Shown: positions 1-8,710 of the stretch, piece after piece
How positions within the stretch are numbered: position 1 is the stretch's first letter
Layout: every line of letters begins with the position of its first letter
NCBI GenBank assembly: GCA_965220085.1
Contig: CBDCOZ010000003.1
Span: 782,979 to 846,978, forward strand
Origin: Candidatus Oxydemutatoraceae bacterium
Lineage (GTDB): Bacteria > Pseudomonadota > Gammaproteobacteria > Poriferisulfidales > Oxydemutatoraceae
DNA: 64,000 nt
Direction: 5' to 3'
Position numbers and translations under genes: made by a program
Notes under the pieces: generated by a model
What the model was told of the DNA's origin: nothing
The model's database searches: none
What the model saw: the letters and a program-made list of their open reading frames with translations, nothing else

Positions 1-2164
1 GGGACAGACGGCGGCAACGGTGAGTGTCGAAGTGCGCGGGCGCAAAGCGCCTTCGGCGGCCGCAGCAGCCGCCAAGCGAGCCAAGGCCGACAAACCGCGA
101 GTGAAAAAGAAACCGACATCGGCGACCGCCGGGTCGCCGCCGGCAAAGACTCCGGCAACCTCCAAGCCCAAGAAGAAAGCGGCGGCGAATAAAAAGCCCG
201 ATTCGTCGGCGCAGAAAAAAGCGCCCCAAGACGCTTCAAAGAAGGAAGCGAAGCCGTCTGATACGGCAAAGAAGCCGGTCGAGCGCAGACAACTGCGGAT
301 TGACGGCGCCAAGCGCAACAAGCGCAAGCCGAAGGAGCGTACGTTTGCTCCGCCGAAGCAGGTCAAGGTGGAAGGCACTCAGAAGCATGCGTTTGAAAAA
401 CCGACCGAGCCTGTCAAGCGCGCTGTGATGGTGCCGGAGAAGATTACGGTGGCCAATCTTGCGCAACGCATGGCGATCAAAAGCGGCGAGTTGGTAAAAC
501 TTTTGATGGACATGAATATGTTGGTCACGATTAATCAGGTGCTCGATCAGGATACCGCGATATTGGTCGTCGAGGAGTTGGGACATATTGCCAAGCCGGA
601 GAAGAGAGACGACACCGAAAAAGAATTGGCGAAGAAGATGGAAATGGAACCGGGGGTATTAAAAATCCGTCCTCCGGTCGTTGTCGTCATGGGGCATGTG
701 GATCACGGCAAGACCTCGCTGTTGGATTACATTCGCTCCACTCAGGTGACGGCCGGCGAAGCGGGCGGCATCACGCAGCACATCGGCGCGTATCATGTGG
801 AGACCGACCACGGCATGATCACGTTTTTGGATACTCCCGGGCACGAAGCGTTTACCGCGATGCGCGCGCGCGGCACCGGCCTGACCGACATCGTGGTGCT
901 GGTCGTTGCCGCCGACGATGGCATCATGCCGCAGACCATCGAAGCGATCGAACACGCCAAAGCCGCCGATGTGCCCATCATCGTCGCGCTGAACAAGATT
1001 GACAAAGAAGGCAGCGATGTTGAGAAAGTGAAGGGCGAACTCGCAAAGCACGGCTTGATTCCGGAGGATTGGGGCGGCGGCAATATGATGCTCGGAATCT
1101 CGGCCAAGACCGGGGAGAATGTGGACCATTTGCTGGAGGCGATCTCGCTGCAAGCCGAGATCATGGAGCTGAAGGCGAGCGAAGAGGGCGCGGCGGTGGC
1201 GACGGTCGTCGAGTCTTCCCGCGACAAAGGGCGCGGCGTGATGGTGACGGTGCTCGTCCATCGCGGCACTTTGAACAAGGGCGATATTTTGCTGGCCGGC
1301 GCGGAGTATGGCCGGGTGCGCGCGATGATAGACGAGCGCGGCAATGATTTGCAACGGGTCGGCCCGTCCCTTCCCGCCGTCGTATTCGGTCTGTCGGGGA
1401 CGCCGGATGTGGGCGAGGAAGCGGTGGTCGTCGATGGCGAGCGCCGGGCGCGCAGTGTCGCCGAGCAACGGCGCGAAAAACAACGCGCGATCCGGTTGTC
1501 GGTGACGCCCGCGCACGGCGAAGAGTTGTTCGGTATTTCGGCGCAGGACAAAAAGGAGTTGCGCATCTTAATCAGGTCCGATGTTCGCGGCACGGCCGAG
1601 GCGTTGCGCGATTCGCTTGAGAAAATCGTGAGCGATGAGGTCAAGGCGAATATCCTGTCCAATCTGGTCGGCGGGATTACCGTATCCGATATCAATCTGG
1701 CGGCGGCTTCGCGGGCGATGGTAATCGGTTTTAACGCGCGGGCGGATGCTCCCGCGCGCAAAGCCGCCGAAGCGCAGGGGGTGACGATTCGCTATTACGG
1801 GATTATTTATGAGTTGATAGACGACGTAAGGAAGATGATGAGCGATATGTTATCGCCCGAGGTCAAAGAGGAGATCGTCGGTCTGGCGACGGTCAAGGAT
1901 ATTTTCCGTTCGTCGCGTTTCGGCACGGTAGCGGGTTGTCGGGTCGTTGAGGGGATGGTCAGGCGCGGCAACCCGATTCGCGTGTTGCGCGATCAGATCG
2001 TCATCTTTGAAGGCGAACTGGAGTCCTTGCGCAGACATAAGGACGATGCCGCCGAAGTGAACGCGGGGACAGAGTGCGGCATTGCGGTGAAAGACTATAA
2101 CGACGTCAAGGTCGGCGATCAGATAGAAGTGTATGAGAGGATTGAAACGCCTCGTAATCTGTGA
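1..2164 (+). CDS. infB: translation initiation factor IF-2 (5' end probably lies upstream of the window)
   Basis: Lys/Ala/Pro-rich N-terminal region, G-domain motifs GHVDHGKTS and DTPGHEAF, C-terminal [24 protein letters not shown] close to E. coli IF2; followed by rbfA-truB. Confidence 0.95.
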   Translation, partial: GQTAATVSVEVRGRKAPSAAAAAAKRAKADKPRVKKKPTSATAGSPPAKTPATSKPKKKAAANKKPDSSAQKKAPQDASKKEAKPSDTAKKPVERRQLRIDGAKRNKRKPKERTFAPPKQVKVEGTQKHAFEKPTEPVKRAVMVPEKITVANLAQRMAIKSGELVKLLMDMNMLVTINQVLDQDTAILVVEELGHIAKPEKRDDTEKELAKKMEMEPGVLKIRPPVVVVMGHVDHGKTSLLDYIRSTQVTAGEAGGITQHIGAYHVETDHGMITFLDTPGHEAFTAMRARGTGLTDIVVLVVAADDGIMPQTIEAIEHAKAADVPIIVALNKIDKEGSDVEKVKGELAKHGLIPEDWGGGNMMLGISAKTGENVDHLLEAISLQAEIMELKASEEGAAVATVVESSRDKGRGVMVTVLVHRGTLNKGDILLAGAEYGRVRAMIDERGNDLQRVGPSLPAVVFGLSGTPDVGEEAVVVDGERRARSVAEQRREKQRAIRLSVTPAHGEELFGISAQDKKELRILIRSDVRGTAEALRDSLEKIVSDEVKANILSNLVGGITVSDINLAAASRAMVIGFNARADAPARKAAEAQGVTIRYYGIIYELIDDVRKMMSDMLSPEVKEEIVGLATVKDIFRSSRFGTVAGCRVVEGMVRRGNPIRVLRDQIVIFEGELESLRRHKDDAAEVNAGTECGIAVKDYNDVKVGDQIEVYERIETPRNL

Positions 2165-2532
2165 TGGCGCTGCCGAATAGGACCGCGCGAGTCGCCAACA
2201 TGATGCGGCAAGAGATGACCATCCTCTTGCAACGCGAAATCCGAGACCCCAGACTGGCCGCCGTCGCCATAACCGATATTGAAGTGAGCGCGGACTTGTC
2301 GTCGGCGCGGGTCTATGTGCATGTCGCGGCGGGCGATGCGCGGGAAGCCTTGCGCGGCTTGGCCGCGGCGCAAGGTTTTTTCCGGAAAAGACTGTGTCAA
2401 TTGTCGCAACTTCGGGTCGTGCCCGAGATGCGCTTCAAGTTGGACGATTCCAAGATCAAGGCGCAACGCATTGAGGAACTGCTCAACGACCCGCGCGACA
2501 AAACGGTTGCGGATGAGGATGCGGCTTCATAA
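2161..2532 (+). CDS. rbfA: ribosome-binding factor A
   Basis: 123 aa; [23 protein letters not shown] RbfA signature; infB-rbfA-truB synteny; start overlaps infB stop (ATGA). Confidence 0.9.
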   Translation: MMALPNRTARVANMMRQEMTILLQREIRDPRLAAVAITDIEVSADLSSARVYVHVAAGDAREALRGLAAAQGFFRKRLCQLSQLRVVPEMRFKLDDSKIKAQRIEELLNDPRDKTVADEDAAS

Positions 2533-2534
2533 CC

Positions 2535-3407
2535 ATGGACGGTTTGCTGCTGGTTAACAAACCCTCCGGCATCAGTTCCGGCAAAGCGGTGGGCCGGGTG
2601 ATACGCCGTTTGGGCAAGGTCAAGGGCGGTCACAGCGGCACGCTTGACCCGCTTGCCGAAGGTTTGTTAGTCATCGGCTTGGGGTGCGCGACAAGAGCCT
2701 TGGGCCACCTTGCGGCGAAGCCCAAATGTTATCGCGCGACCGCTCGCTTGGGCGTGTCTACCGCCACCGGAGACCTGGAAGGCGCAATCGTGGCGCGGCG
2801 CGATTTTCACATGCCCGATCGGGAATGTTTGGCGTCTTTGTTCGCGGCATTGCAAGGCGAGATGTTGCAAACCGTGCCCGCCTATTCCGCGCTCAAGCAA
2901 GACGGCAAGCGGTTTTATGAGTTGGCGCGCGATGCGCAAGAGACGCCGCACCGGCAGCGGTGGGTGCGCATACATCGGCTGCAATTGCTCGCGGCGGAGA
3001 ACGACCGCATCTCGTTTGATGTCGAGTGCTCCAAGGGGACATATATACGCAGCCTTGCCGAGGACATCGGTCGCTACCTCAATACCGTCGCATGCCTTGC
3101 GCGGTTGCAACGCACCGCGATCGGCGCGTTCGCATTGGAGCAAGCATTGCCGCTTGATGCGATTGAGCAACGCTCGCAAGAGGAGATCGCCGCGGCTGTT
3201 CTGCCTGTGGATCAAGCCTTTTGCGATTTGCCGGCGGCGTATTTGGATGCGACATCGGCGGCTGCGTTTTGTCACGGTCAAACTGTCGCACCGGTCGGCG
3301 CGCCGACCGAGGAGCGGTGCCGAGTGTACGCCGCCGACAAACAGTTTGTGGGCGTTGCAAGCGCGAAGGACGGCCTGCTCAAACCGCTGAAGGTGCTCAA
3401 GCCCTGA
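2535..3407 (+). CDS. truB: tRNA pseudouridine(55) synthase
   Basis: LLVNKPSGISS...HSGTLDPLAEGLLVIGLG catalytic Asp motif; synteny. Confidence 0.9.
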   Translation: MDGLLLVNKPSGISSGKAVGRVIRRLGKVKGGHSGTLDPLAEGLLVIGLGCATRALGHLAAKPKCYRATARLGVSTATGDLEGAIVARRDFHMPDRECLASLFAALQGEMLQTVPAYSALKQDGKRFYELARDAQETPHRQRWVRIHRLQLLAAENDRISFDVECSKGTYIRSLAEDIGRYLNTVACLARLQRTAIGAFALEQALPLDAIEQRSQEEIAAAVLPVDQAFCDLPAAYLDATSAAAFCHGQTVAPVGAPTEERCRVYAADKQFVGVASAKDGLLKPLKVLKP

Positions 3408-3459
3408 TAGCCGCTGTGCGCCGGCAAACCGGACGGCGATAGTGCGAGCAGGTTACGAT

Positions 3460-3720
3460 GCCGTCCGCGCTTTGCGACATGGAAAGACCGTGCGCACGGG
3501 CTCCGATAGGCATCCGGGCTTTGCGACATGGCAAGACCGTGCGAGCGGGCTCCGATAGGCGGCGATAGGCGAGGGTGCCCGGGCTTTGGAACAACCGGAT
3601 TTCGCTAGGGCGATGCCGGCAACTGTTGCAAAATAGCGACACCGTATTTTCGGGCGAGCGGGTTGCGATAGGCGACGAAGGTCGTTGGGGCTTTGCGACA
3701 TGGCAAGAAGCGGGCGGCGA
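3460..3720. repeat. degenerate tandem repeats (~47 bp unit GGGCTTTGCGACATGGCAAGACCGTGCGAGCGGGCTCCGATAGGC, 2 full and 2 partial copies) where rpsO would normally sit
   Basis: direct reading: copies at about 3467, 3514, 3574 (partial) and 3688; units contain the GCGATAGGCG motif that resembles the family gene terminus. Confidence 0.6.
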
Positions 3721-3902
3721 TGCTGTCCTTCTGTGCCGCCATGCCCCCTAATCCGCGCGATAGCGCAAATCTCCGGCGGCGGAGCAGGGGAGTGTTATGG
3801 GGGCCGGCATAGCACACTGCAAGCCCTGTCTTGGCAAGGGTTTCAGGGCAACGCATCCCGCGCATTGCCATAGATACCGTGCAAGCGCCAATGACATATG
3901 AC

Positions 3903-3932
3903 ATTGCCCCACGTGTGCGATATGTCATGGCA
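3903..3932. promoter_or_regulatory. conserved ~30 bp element CATTGCCCCACGTGTGCGATATGTCATGGC with flanking ATGACATAT/ATATGTCAT inverted repeat; second copy at 54727-54757
   Basis: 27/31 identity between the two copies, each just upstream of a sigma70-like promoter. Confidence 0.45.
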
Positions 3933-3944
3933 TCATACATACGC

Positions 3945-3973
3945 TTGCACATGACACGAATTTGTGATATAGT
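3945..3973 (+). promoter_or_regulatory. sigma70-type promoter TTGCAC-17-TATAGT of family gene A
   Basis: same architecture, TTGCAA-16-TATAGT, found at 14973-15000 and 51114-51141 upstream of the paralogous loci. Confidence 0.6.
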
Positions 3974-4064
3974 GCGATACTCGTTGCTTGCTTAAATATA
4001 GGAGATACGGCAGACACTTGTAGATGACTTGCATTTTGCGTTAGAGTACATAGCATTAAACAAT

Positions 4065-4081
4065 CCACAAACAGTTTGTGG
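4065..4081. promoter_or_regulatory. perfect palindrome CCACAAACAGTTTGTGG in the long 5' leader; related CACAAACAA/TTGTTTGTG arms recur in the leaders at 15080-15245 and 51236-51262
   Basis: seen on direct reading; conserved between three leaders. Confidence 0.5.
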
Positions 4082-4172
4082 AGCACAATCGGTATTAAAT
4101 GTTGCTTGTGTGCATATACCGCATAGCTAAATTTATCAAAATTATTAGATACATGATATCAGGAGAGTAACT

Positions 4173-5760
4173 ATGAATTACAAATACTTTGGTATAACTA
4201 CCCCCCCCCCCCCCCCCCCCGCGTTGTCAGGGCAGGATAACCCGGCATAGCCTCTGGCCGCTCACTCTGCTGGCCCTGTTTGCGCTCTGCGCTCAGGCGC
4301 AAGCGCAGAACGCCACTGGCATGCCGGAGGTCACTTACGTCAGCGGCATAACCGTTCCCACTGAGGACTCCGCCATCACCGCATCTCAGGGCACCATAGC
4401 CGACCCGGACAATACGCCCACCACCACGGTCGGCGCCCTCAGCTGGCAGTGGAGCATGGCCGACACCAATGGCGGCACCTACACCGCCATCGCCATGGCG
4501 ACCAATGCCGCATTCACTCCGGGCGATGATGAGGTGGGCAAGTTTCTGCAGGTCTGCGCATCGTTCATGGATATGGCCACCACCCCCAATTCGGAGATGC
4601 GATGCCTGCAGATAGCCACCGCTGTGGCCAATGTCAATGACAAGCCGGTATCCATAAACACCAATCTTGTAGTAAATATAAACGCCGATGCCGACAGCCC
4701 TCATCCGCTTCGGGCATCCGACTTCCCGTTCACCGATGCCGACAAAGATATGCTGGCTGGTGTCATCATACATAGCCTGCCCAGCCACGGTACCATGAGT
4801 CTGGATGGCACAGCCCTGACCAGCGACGATGTTCCCACAGCAACCATAACCGTGGCCAAACTGGACGCTGGTGCCCTGACCTATTACCCGACACCAGCCC
4901 AGCGAATGCCGAGCTTCGCAGCAGTCTCCTTCTTCCAGGCCAGGGTGGTGGATGATGGCAGCGATGGCACCGACAACAAGACCAGCATTGGTGCCAACAT
5001 CCTTATCGTTCTGACATCGCCGGACCAGACTGCCGCCAGTGGTGCCCCCACCATAATCCCGTCCACCACCGCCGACAACCCGACCCACGCCGAGGATGCC
5101 CAGTTGACCGCCAGCAGCGATGGCATCACCGAGCCCAATGGCATAGACCGCACCACCCTGAGGTGGCAATGGCAGTCATCCCCCGCCAGCGATGGCGCTT
5201 TTGCAGCCATAAACGGCGCGACCGGGGTGCTATTCACCCCCCTGCAGGCGCATGTGGGCCAATACATCCGGGTCTGCGTCAGTTTCATGGATTTCCACGC
5301 CATGCCGGAGACTGTGGAGGGCCTGTGTTCCGCCGCCGCCCGGGTGCGCAACGTAAACGATGCGCCCCGGGCGCAAAACCGTACGATAAATGTGTCGGTG
5401 GATGCCACGATGAGCGAGCCTTTCAGGTTCGCCGTCGACGACTTTCCCTTTGCCGATGAGGACGATGACAACTTAGTCAACGTGGAGATTGCCAGCCTGC
5501 CGGGTGCCGGCACCCTGCAAATAAACGGCGCTGACGCCACTGTCGGCGATATCATAGAAGCCGATGACATAGACGACTTGGCGTACTATCCCGCCAGCCA
5601 GAATGCCCAGGCCGGCTACGCCGCCTTCACCTTCAAGGTAACCGACGATGGCAGCGATGGCAGCGGCAACAAAACTTCCGGCGCCGCCACAATCACCATC
5701 AATCTCACGGAGCACTTGCGCCTGCGCTTGCGCCTCTTTCTGGAAGGCCCGTTGCGATAG
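4173..5760 (+). CDS. secreted cadherin-like repeat protein, family member A; poly-C frameshift currently out of frame (ON would need 21 C); ends HLRLRLRLFLEGPLR
   Basis: signal peptide LWPLTLLALFALCAQAQA; two SWQWQ-type ~90 aa repeats; cadherin-like motifs NVNDKPV / NVNDAPRA / DDGSDGTDNKTS; paralogous to the genes at 15291-19725, 51346 and 53099. The track ORF 4321-5760 is the in-frame downstream part. Confidence 0.7.
4201..4220 (+). repeat. homopolymeric poly-C tract (20 C) between the ATG-led mini-ORF and the signal peptide of gene A
   Basis: RBS AGGAGAG, ATG 4173, 9 codons, then C20; signal-peptide frame (open from 4198) is +1 relative to the ATG with 20 C. Confidence 0.85.
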
Positions 5761-6016
5761 CGCGCGTACCGGCGGCGGGGTTGAGTGCGCGCATTGCGAC
5801 TCGGCAAAGCGCTCCGGCAGCGGCAACAAAACTTCCGGCGCCGCCACAGTTTCGGCGGTCGGCAGTCGGCGTTAGGGTGCGCTTTCACAGGGCGGTATTT
5901 CTGCCGCCGCCGCTATGACCGTGTGTGAAATCGCGGGCAGACATTGCTTTTGCAACAACTTTCATTGTTGCCGGACGGGGCGGGCATATGCGTCCTTTTC
6001 CCGCGTCAACGGCGGT

Positions 6017-6115
6017 TATCCTTGCGCGGGCAGCAATTCGGCGGTCGGCAGCGCTAAACCGCTCATTGAGAAGGAGCGCAGAGTTCCTTGCGCGGGCAGC
6101 AATTCGGCGGTCGGC
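6017..6115. repeat. 31 bp direct repeat TCCTTGCGCGGGCAGCAATTCGGCGGTCGGC x2, period 68; a related TTCGGCGGTCGGCAG lies at 5851
   Basis: direct reading. Confidence 0.6.
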
Positions 6116-6189
6116 GGCGCGGTTTGTACTATAATCATTTTAGCCATTCAGTTCATCTGATTATTTTCGTTTTGGATTTGGAGACGCAG

Positions 6190-6654
6190 ATGTTGTTATT
6201 TGTGTGCTCGCGCAATATCTGTCGCTCAGCTGTTGCCGAAGCAGTATTCAATTATATTTTGCAATCTTCGGGCCGAAGCCCGGCGGCGCAGTCCGCGGGC
6301 GCCCGCGCGGATTGCCCGGGAGAACCCGCCGATTCGCTTATGCGACAAGTTGCCGCGCGCCGCGGCTATGATTTGTCCGCGCATTCTTCGCGCGCGATGG
6401 ACAGCCTGTCGCCGTCCGACTTCTCGCATGCGTTTTGGCTCGATGCCTCCCAGCGCGACCCGTTGCGGCGCTGGGCGAGCGGCGCGGACATCGCCATCGC
6501 GCCGTTGATGCGCTACTCCGAGTATTATGCGACCGATGAGGTGTTGATGCCCGCGGCCGCTTCGGCGGCACACGGGTATGCGCTGATGTTGGATCAGGTT
6601 GAGGACGCGTGTCTCGGCTTGTGGCATCATCTCACAAAGGAAGGGGTGTTTTGA
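6190..6654 (+). CDS. low molecular weight phosphotyrosine protein phosphatase
   Basis: CX5R(S) P-loop in LLFVCSRNICRSAVAEAVF, with DSAG-like region downstream; about 154 aa from ATG 6190. Confidence 0.7.
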   Translation: MLLFVCSRNICRSAVAEAVFNYILQSSGRSPAAQSAGARADCPGEPADSLMRQVAARRGYDLSAHSSRAMDSLSPSDFSHAFWLDASQRDPLRRWASGADIAIAPLMRYSEYYATDEVLMPAAASAAHGYALMLDQVEDACLGLWHHLTKEGVF

Positions 6655-7784
6655 GCACGTTTGATCCGTTTGCGCTTTGTCAGCCGGGCCTGCGCGATAT
6701 CAAACCGTATCAGCCGGGCAGTACCGCGGAACAAATTGAAGAGAAATTCGGCATTCGCGACGCTCTCAAATTGGCGTCCAACGAGAACCTGCTCGGCCCG
6801 AGCGAGCGGGTTGCGCAGGCGCTGAATGACGGCGGCAAAGAGGCGCGCTTTTACCCCGATGGCGCGGGGCGGGCGTTGAAAGAGTTGCTGGCGGCGCACT
6901 GCGATGTGACACCCGCGCAGATCACGCTTGGGAACGGTTCCAACGAACTGCTGGAGCTCATCGCGCGGGGGTTTCTCGCGCCCGCAAAGAGCGCGGCGTA
7001 TTCGCAACACGCATTCGCGGCATATGAGTTGGTGACCAAACTGAGCGGCGCGAAAGCGGTCGTCGCAGCGGCGCGTTCGCCCGCCGATGAAAGCATGCCT
7101 TATGGGTGCGATCTGGCGGCGATGGGCGCGGCTATCGGGCCGGCGACAGCGGTTGTTTTTATCGCCAACCCGAACAATCCGACCGGCACTTGGCTTGCGA
7201 CATCCGAGTTATACGACTTTGTGCGCGCCGTGCCCGCCAATACGATTGTCGTCATCGACGAAGCGTATGCGGAGTATGTCGAAGCGCCCGACTATCCGAG
7301 TTGCGCCGGATGGCTTGCGGAGTTTCCCAATCTGATCGTGACGCGCACCTTTTCCAAGTTGTTTGCGCTGGCCGGTTTGCGCATCGGCTATGCTGTGTCC
7401 TCGCCCGCGATCGCCGATATTCTGGATCGTTTGCGCCAACCGTTTAATGTCAATGCGCTGGCGCAGGCGGCGGCGGCGGTAGCACTCTCTGATCGGGCGC
7501 ATATCGCCAAAAGCATCGCTTTGAATCGCGAGGGGCTGGCGATATTGCGCGAGGGGCTTGAGGGCATGAACCTCGCTTGCCTGCCGTCGGCGGCAAACTT
7601 TATCTGTTGCGAAGTCGGCGATGCGCAGTCGGTTTATAAACGGTTGCTTGAGCAGGGCGTTATCGTGCGCCCGATAGGCGGATATGATCTGCCTTGCCAT
7701 TTAAGAATTACCGTGGGTTTGCCCGAACACAATGAGCGTTTTCTCAGCGCCATGAGACGGGTCATGAGACGGGTGACGGCGTAA
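6651..7784 (+). CDS. hisC: histidinol-phosphate aminotransferase
   Basis: class II aminotransferase, PLP-Lys motif TFSKLFALAGLRIGY; precedes tyrA-aroA; likely TTG start 6651 after RBS AAGGAAGGGG. Confidence 0.8.
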   Translation: MSTFDPFALCQPGLRDIKPYQPGSTAEQIEEKFGIRDALKLASNENLLGPSERVAQALNDGGKEARFYPDGAGRALKELLAAHCDVTPAQITLGNGSNELLELIARGFLAPAKSAAYSQHAFAAYELVTKLSGAKAVVAAARSPADESMPYGCDLAAMGAAIGPATAVVFIANPNNPTGTWLATSELYDFVRAVPANTIVVIDEAYAEYVEAPDYPSCAGWLAEFPNLIVTRTFSKLFALAGLRIGYAVSSPAIADILDRLRQPFNVNALAQAAAAVALSDRAHIAKSIALNREGLAILREGLEGMNLACLPSAANFICCEVGDAQSVYKRLLEQGVIVRPIGGYDLPCHLRITVGLPEHNERFLSAMRRVMRRVTA

Positions 7785-7808
7785 GTTTCCGCTGATATCT
7801 CTCGGCAA

Positions 7809-8705
7809 ATGAAGCATATAAAAGAAAGCGCGAATGCACTGCCCGATCATCTCGGCATCATCGGCACCGGCTTGATCGGCGTCTCGCTGGTTCTGGCGCT
7901 GAAACAGCGCGGACTGAAATTGAAAGTGACCGGCTTTGATGCGAACCGCGCGCATCTGCAATGCGCCGCGGAGGTCGCCGGCTTTGATGCGCTGGCTGAC
8001 TCGCCGCAACAGGCGGCGGCCGGCGGCGGGGTGATTGTTCTTGCGACGCACCCGAGCGCGATGCGCGAAGTGTTCGAGCAACTGGGTTCTCTTGATGCGG
8101 GCGCGGTCGTAAGCGATGTCGGCAGCGTCAAGCGCAGCATCATCCGCTCCGCCGAGACGGCGTTAGGCGACGATTGCGCGCAGTTTGTCCCGTCGCATCC
8201 GATTGCCGGCACCGAGCGCAGCGGCCCGCAGGCGGCGGATGCGATGTTGTTTGAAGGGTGTGCCGCGGTAGTGACGCCGCTCCCCGGCAACGCGGCCTCT
8301 GCGGTGCGGGTGATTGCGGATTTGTGGCATCGGGCGGGCGCTGCGAAGGTGCTTGAGATGACGCCGGAAGAACACGACCGTATCTTTGCGCGCAGCAGCC
8401 ACCTGCCGCATGCGCTGGCGTATGCGTTGATGCACAGCATAAGCGACACCTTGTCCGCCGCCGATATGGATTTGTATTCCGCGGGGGGCTTGCGCGGTTT
8501 TGCCCGCCTGGCCGCCAGCGACCCGGATTTGTGGTGCGATATTCTGCTGTCAAATTCCGACCGGATTATTCCCGCATTGCAATCGTTTCATGATTCCAGC
8601 GATAGCCTGCGGGCGATGTTGGAGCGCCGCGATGCCGACGGTTTGCGCGATCTGTTCCGTCAGGTGAAGTGCTGTTGCCGCCGGCCCGACGGGGGAGGCG
8701 AATAG
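7809..8705 (+). CDS. tyrA: prephenate/cyclohexadienyl dehydrogenase
   Basis: N-terminal Rossmann motif IIGTGLIGVSL; synteny hisC-tyrA-aroA. Confidence 0.8.
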   Translation: MKHIKESANALPDHLGIIGTGLIGVSLVLALKQRGLKLKVTGFDANRAHLQCAAEVAGFDALADSPQQAAAGGGVIVLATHPSAMREVFEQLGSLDAGAVVSDVGSVKRSIIRSAETALGDDCAQFVPSHPIAGTERSGPQAADAMLFEGCAAVVTPLPGNAASAVRVIADLWHRAGAAKVLEMTPEEHDRIFARSSHLPHALAYALMHSISDTLSAADMDLYSAGGLRGFARLAASDPDLWCDILLSNSDRIIPALQSFHDSSDSLRAMLERRDADGLRDLFRQVKCCCRRPDGGGE

Positions 8706-8710
8706 GCGCC

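Noticed and set aside
659-1761. Long minus-strand ORFs (285 and 322 aa) inside infB
   Set aside because: They overlap the conserved IF-2 G-domain on the opposite strand. Low-complexity R/A/P/S-rich products, so high-GC artefacts.
3408-4170. Search for rpsO or a tRNA downstream of truB
   Set aside because: No S15-like ORF, and no tRNA-like GTTCGA(A/T)TC T-loop motif found by eye. The region is occupied by tandem repeats and the family leader.
5880-6160. ORFs 5915-6160 and 5925-6134 upstream of the phosphatase gene
   Set aside because: They span the 31-bp direct repeats and a CAACAACTTTCATTGTTGC hairpin. No RBS or homology; probably non-coding leader or terminator region.
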